64,000 nt of DNA, from the NCBI GenBank assembly GCA_043228905.1, contig JBHGNT010000018.1:10540001-10604000 (forward strand). The letters run 5' to 3'. This stretch comes from Azolla caroliniana (Eukaryota > Plantae > Polypodiophyta). Numbering within the stretch: the first letter of the stretch is position 1; each line of letters begins with the position of its first letter. The notes below the pieces were generated by a model. The model saw only the letters and a program-made list of their open reading frames with translations. It was not told the origin of the DNA and ran no database searches. Positions 59,048 through 64,000 of the stretch are shown in pieces. The position numbers were made by a program, and so were the translations under genes.

Positions 59048-62000
59048 TGATAGTGAGAAAAGGCCAAAAACATAATTTCTTACTATTAAGCATAGGTATA
59101 AAAGCAATAGAAACGAGGGTTTCTTTGTGTCCCAAAAAGTTGTTTGTGTATTTTTCCTCTGTCTGTGTGTTGTTCGACATTTTCTCTGCAGGTAAGGCAA
59201 AACAACAACTCGTCCGCCTCCATCGTTCTTCTCCAACAGTGGTATCAAAGCGCAGGGATTCGTGAAGACTACATGTGGCAGAAAGCATCCGATTTCTCTG
59301 TTTTTCCCCCTCTGCGCATGTTATTTTTCCAGGACCTCGACAAAGGTAATATCTAGTACACGTTTCTGTATGAACATTCTTCGTGCCATTTTTTTTTTGG
59401 GAATAGAAAAATAGACCTTTGGTGAAAGGTAGAAACAGAGAGGACTCACTGTTTCTAGTATACAGAAGAGAGGATTTACACATAAAAACTTGTATTTGAA
59501 TTTTCCGATGCTTGCTCACTTGATGTGAGATTGTGACGTTGGAAGTTACGTCTCAGTTACATTCCATCTGCCTTGGCTGATATAAGAGTGAGGTGTTGTC
59601 CTCAGTCGAACACACATACCTACCCTAGAACACAGTGATAGTTGTACTTGAGACTAGGTAGTGAGTAGTGTCTCAACTATCGTTAGTTGCTTAGATTTGG
59701 AATTGACTAAGTTTACCTACCATCCAAATGGTTGCCTCTGAAATGTTTGAGGTTTCAAGTACCTCACGTAGTGGTTCCTTTAATTCCCATAGAAATCAAT
59801 CTATGAGCGGAAAAGACCACCTTGAGATCCGTAAATTTGACGGATCCAACTTTGCCCTGTGGAAGAATCAGATGAGAGATGTCCTGATTCAAAGAAGGCA
59901 ATTAAGAGCTATAAGTGGTGAAGCCAAGAGACCCGAGGGCATGACCAAGGACGATTGGGAAGAGCTCGATCTCTTGGCAATGTCTACCATAAGACTGCAC
60001 CTAGCTGACAACGTGTATTGACTGTGACTCAGCTGAAAAGCTATGGACTAAACTATCCAGTACATATGAAAAAGAGACCGCATCAAACAAAGTTTATCTA
60101 ATGAGAAAACTTTATTATCTTCGAATGAAGGACAATGATAGAGTCGCCTCTCATTTGAATGATTTTGATGCATTATGGTCACAATTACTGGCTCAGAAAA
60201 TGATTTTTGACGATGAGCTGAAATGTGTATTTTTGTTATGCACTTTGCCTAGCTCATGGAACACTTTTTGCACCGCTATTAGTGGTAGTGCACCAAATGG
60301 GAAATTAGTCTATAATGACATATGTGGAGCTCTTTTGGGTGAAGAAATTCGTAGAAAATCTGTGATTGCATCACACAATGGAGATGCATATAATGTTTCT
60401 GATGTTGGTCCTCGCAAGAACCAACACCGTGGTAGGAGCCAAACAAGAAATAGTAGTGGAAATGATAGAGGTAGAAGCAAATCTAGGAAGAAAAATATGG
60501 AGTGTCATTACTGTCATAAAAAGGGACACATTAAGAAAGATTGTTATGCCCTAAAAAATAAGGAGAAAGATAATGCTAGAGGGCATGGTAGACAATCTAG
60601 TGGTCCTTCTTCCTCGGTGGAAATCGAGGAAGTAAATGCAACATGTGATGAGACGGACATCTTGGTCTTAGATGATGTTAGCACACATGGGGTGAACACG
60701 GTCTTTTCCCCATCACATATTACGTGGTTGTTGGACTCTGGTGCATCATTTCATGTGACTCCACATAGAGAGTGGTTCACATGTTATGAAGCCAAGTCAC
60801 TTGGGAAAGTTTGAGTTGGAGACTCACATCAGTGTGATGTGATTGGCATTGGAGATATCTCAATGCATTTTAGTGATGGTTCTCATCTCCCCATTAAAGA
60901 TGTGCGCCATGTTCCTCAACTAACTCGTAGTTTGATTTCCGTTGGTCAGTTAGATGACAACGGATATAAGGTGATATTTGCTTCTCAATCCTTTCGTATA
61001 ACGAAAGGAAATATGATTGTTGCAAAAGGGAACAAAGTTGGTTCCCTCTACCCTTTATTTGTTCATCAAAAGGAACACTTGTTGGCTGTCACAGAACAGC
61101 CAATGATGAGCATTTGGCATGGTCGTTTAGGCCACATGTCAAGAAATGGCATGGAAATCCTATCTCGTTATGGCCACTTACCTAAGTTGTCATTCTTTGA
61201 TTTTGCTTTATGTGAACACTGTCAACATGGTAAGCAAACTAGAAGTGCACATAAGACCAGTGTTAACTCATCCACTAAACCATTGGATCTTGTCCACACG
61301 GATGTTTGTGGACCTATGCCCACAAGATCTTTGGGCGGTGCACTATATTTTGTTACTTTCATTGATGATGCCACTAGGAAAGTTTGGGCTTATCCAATTA
61401 AGGGAAAGGATGATGTATACCCCACTTTCAGAAAATGGCTTAGTTCGGTTGAGCTAGAAAAGGACATAAAGCTCAAGGCCTTACGTTCAGACAATGGAGG
61501 TGAGTATACCTCTCATGAATTTGATGGCTTTTGCAAGTCTAGAGGCATTCAGAGAGAGTTTACAGCTCCTTACACCCTTGTCCAAAATGGTGTGGCAAAG
61601 AGGATGAACAGAACCATCTAGGACAGAGTTGTCTCTATGCTACACCATGCAAACCTCTCGCAAGGTTTTTGGGCAAAAGCTGTTTTAACAACAGTCCATG
61701 TGATTAACCTATCACTGAACACAACCATAGGTCTAAAAGTGGCACAAGAGTTGTGGACAGGCAAGACACCCCATTATGCTCATCTTAGAGTTTTTGGATG
61801 CGAAGCATATGTACACATTCCAAAAACCTTAAGAAAGAAATTAGACTATAAATGCAGAAAATGTATATTTCTTGGTTACAGAATTGATGGGCAGTTTGGA
61901 TATCGCTTATGGGATCCTGACACACGTACTGTGGTCAGAAGTAGTGATGTTGTTTTTTATGAGAACAAAATGCATAAACAAATCGTAAAGGAGGTAGAAG

Positions 62001-64000
62001 TGAGAAAGGTTGCATTTAAAGATAGTACGCCTTTTGTTGATGTAAAACAGAAAAATCTTATTGATGTAGATGCTTCTACATGTGGGCAGTCACAAAAACC
62101 TGTTATTGGTCAGGATGAAGATGCCCAAAATGATGATGCTCAACACAATGATGTGCAAGATGATGTTTATGCTCATAATGATGATGCTCAGAATGATGTT
62201 TCTCATGCACAACCTGATAGTATTCAGGTTCAGGAATCATTGAGGAGATCTACGCGTGTCTCCAAGGCACCTAGTAAGTTTGTTGATTATGTAATGCTAA
62301 CAGATGCCGGTGAGCCTTCATGTTACAATGAAGCCATATCTGTTCATGACCATACTAAATGGAAACAAGTCATGCAAAATGAATTGGACAACATTTATAA
62401 AAATGGTACTTGGGATTTAGTACCTTTGCCAAAGGACAGGAAAGCATTGCCATGCAAATGGGTATACAAGTATAAGTATACATCTGATAGTGCTTCCCCA
62501 AAGTATAAAGCACACTTGGTTGCCAAAGGTTTCAAACAAGAATATGGAATTGATTTTGATGAAACCTTTTCTCCTGTAGTTAAGATGACTACATTACGTA
62601 TGTTGCTTTCATTGGCTGCAAATTAGAATTTGGAACTTGTCCAAATGGATGTGAAGACTGCCTTCTTGCATGGGGACCTTGATGAGGTTATTTATATGGA
62701 ACAACCAGAAGGTCATGAAGTATCGGGAAAAGAACATTTGGTATGTAAACTCAAGAAGAGTTTGTATGGGCTTAAGCAGTCCCCGAGGTTATGGTACTAG
62801 AAATTTGATGCTTTTATGAAGGCTCAAGGATATATTAGAAGCAATGAGGATGCATGTCTTTATACAAAAAACTGTTCAGATGGGAGTTTTATCACTTTGA
62901 TGTTATATGTTGATGACATGCTTATTGTTGGTAAAAACAAGGATGAGTTATCCTCGTTAAAGAAAAACTTGGGCCAGAACTTTGACATGAAGGATCTGGG
63001 AGATGCAAAACATATTCTTGGTATTCGTATCACTCGTGATAGGAGTAAGCGATGCATTTACTTGTCTCAAGCTGAGTACATATCGAAAGTGCTAAAGAGG
63101 TTTAATATGGAGAATGCAAAGCCGTTGAGCACTCCTTTGCCTACATATGTAAAATTGAGCACATGTGATTGCCCCACATCTGATGAAGACAAGAAATTTA
63201 TGTCCAAGGTTCCTTATCAATCCGCAGTCGGGAGTCTTATGTACGCTATGATAGTGACCAGGCCAGACATTGCTTTCACAGTGGCAGTTGTGAGCAAATT
63301 TATGTCAAATCCTGGTAATAAACATTGGGAGGCAGTTAAACTGATATTAAGATATTTGTGTGGCACTAAGAATAGGTGTCTATGTTTAGGTGGTGGAAAT
63401 GTATCCATCATTGGATATACAGACTCCGATTATGCTGGCTGTTCTGACAGCAGAAAATCCACTTCAGGATACATTTTTTAGTTTATGGGAGGTGCGATAT
63501 CTTGGAGATCTCGTCTCCAAAAATGTACTGCTCTGTCCACTATAGAAGCAAAGTATGTTGTAGCTAGCGAAGCATGTAAGGAAGCCGTATGGCTGTCTAG
63601 ATTAGCTTGTGACATGGGCATATCTAAGCTTGTACCCATACTATTTTGTGATAGTCAGAGTGCCATTGCATTGGCTAAAAACCCAGTATACCATGCAAAG
63701 ACCAAGCACATTGGAGTGAGATATCACTTCATTTGAGAATGCATAGCTGCTGGCTACATCAGTCTTGAGAAAGTTGTTTCTCAAGAAAATGCCGCAGATG
63801 CATTGACCAAAGCTCTACTACATGAAGCACTAGAGCATTGCTGCCACTTGATGGGGATTACTTAGGTCATGAGGTTACACATTGTTTCTTGTATATGGTG
63901 TAACATACTCATCAAGTAGGATGTGTAGGTCATGTTCAATCTTCCCATCAGCTTTGCTGATCCCTTGTTTGGCCTTTTAGTGGGAGATTGATAGTGAGAA
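59048..64000 (+). mobile_element. Copia element C4 with short (191 bp) LTRs
   Basis: 5' LTR at 59048-59238. PBS tggtatcaaagc at 59240. PPT agtgggaga. The 3' LTR starts tgatagtgagaa at 63989 and runs off the window. Confidence 0.9.
59728..63865 (+). pseudogene. gag-pol: C4 gag-pol with stops
   Basis: KFDGSNFALWK, CHYCHKKGH, WLLDSGASFH, HTDVCGP, LRSDNGGEY, YVDDML, CDSQSA. Confidence 0.92.

Noticed and set aside
58665-59519. 284-aa minus-strand ORF as a host gene
   Set aside because: It spans a microsatellite, the C4 LTR and its leader in antisense, and has no recognisable domain.

Overview
Eukaryotic, plant-like (probably non-seed plant, by inference) heterochromatic DNA made almost entirely of nested LTR retrotransposons. 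I found no host gene. LTR pairs, primer-binding sites (PBS), polypurine tracts (PPT) and target-site duplications (TSD) resolve at least 11 element bodies plus solo LTRs, nested up to 5 levels deep. An old chromovirus G0 was split between integrase and chromodomain by a 52-kb pile rooted in chromovirus G1 (5353-57339). G1 holds three branches: copia C1>C2>C3, gypsy G2>N1>N2, and G2>G4>G5. C3 (intact 1358-aa gag-pol) and N2 (gag-only, LTRs identical by eye) look recently inserted. The most unusual signals are: (1) a fungal/Ylt1-like gypsy lineage with a tRNA-Trp PBS, gag-only satellites and 4-bp TSDs centred on CpG; (2) antisense tRNA-like A-box/B-box cassettes in the U3 of two different gypsy lineages; (3) a Tf1-like self-priming PBS in G1; (4) a hairpin enclosing the PPT/LTR junction in several unrelated copia families. 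All comparisons and coordinates were made by eye; no database searches were run.
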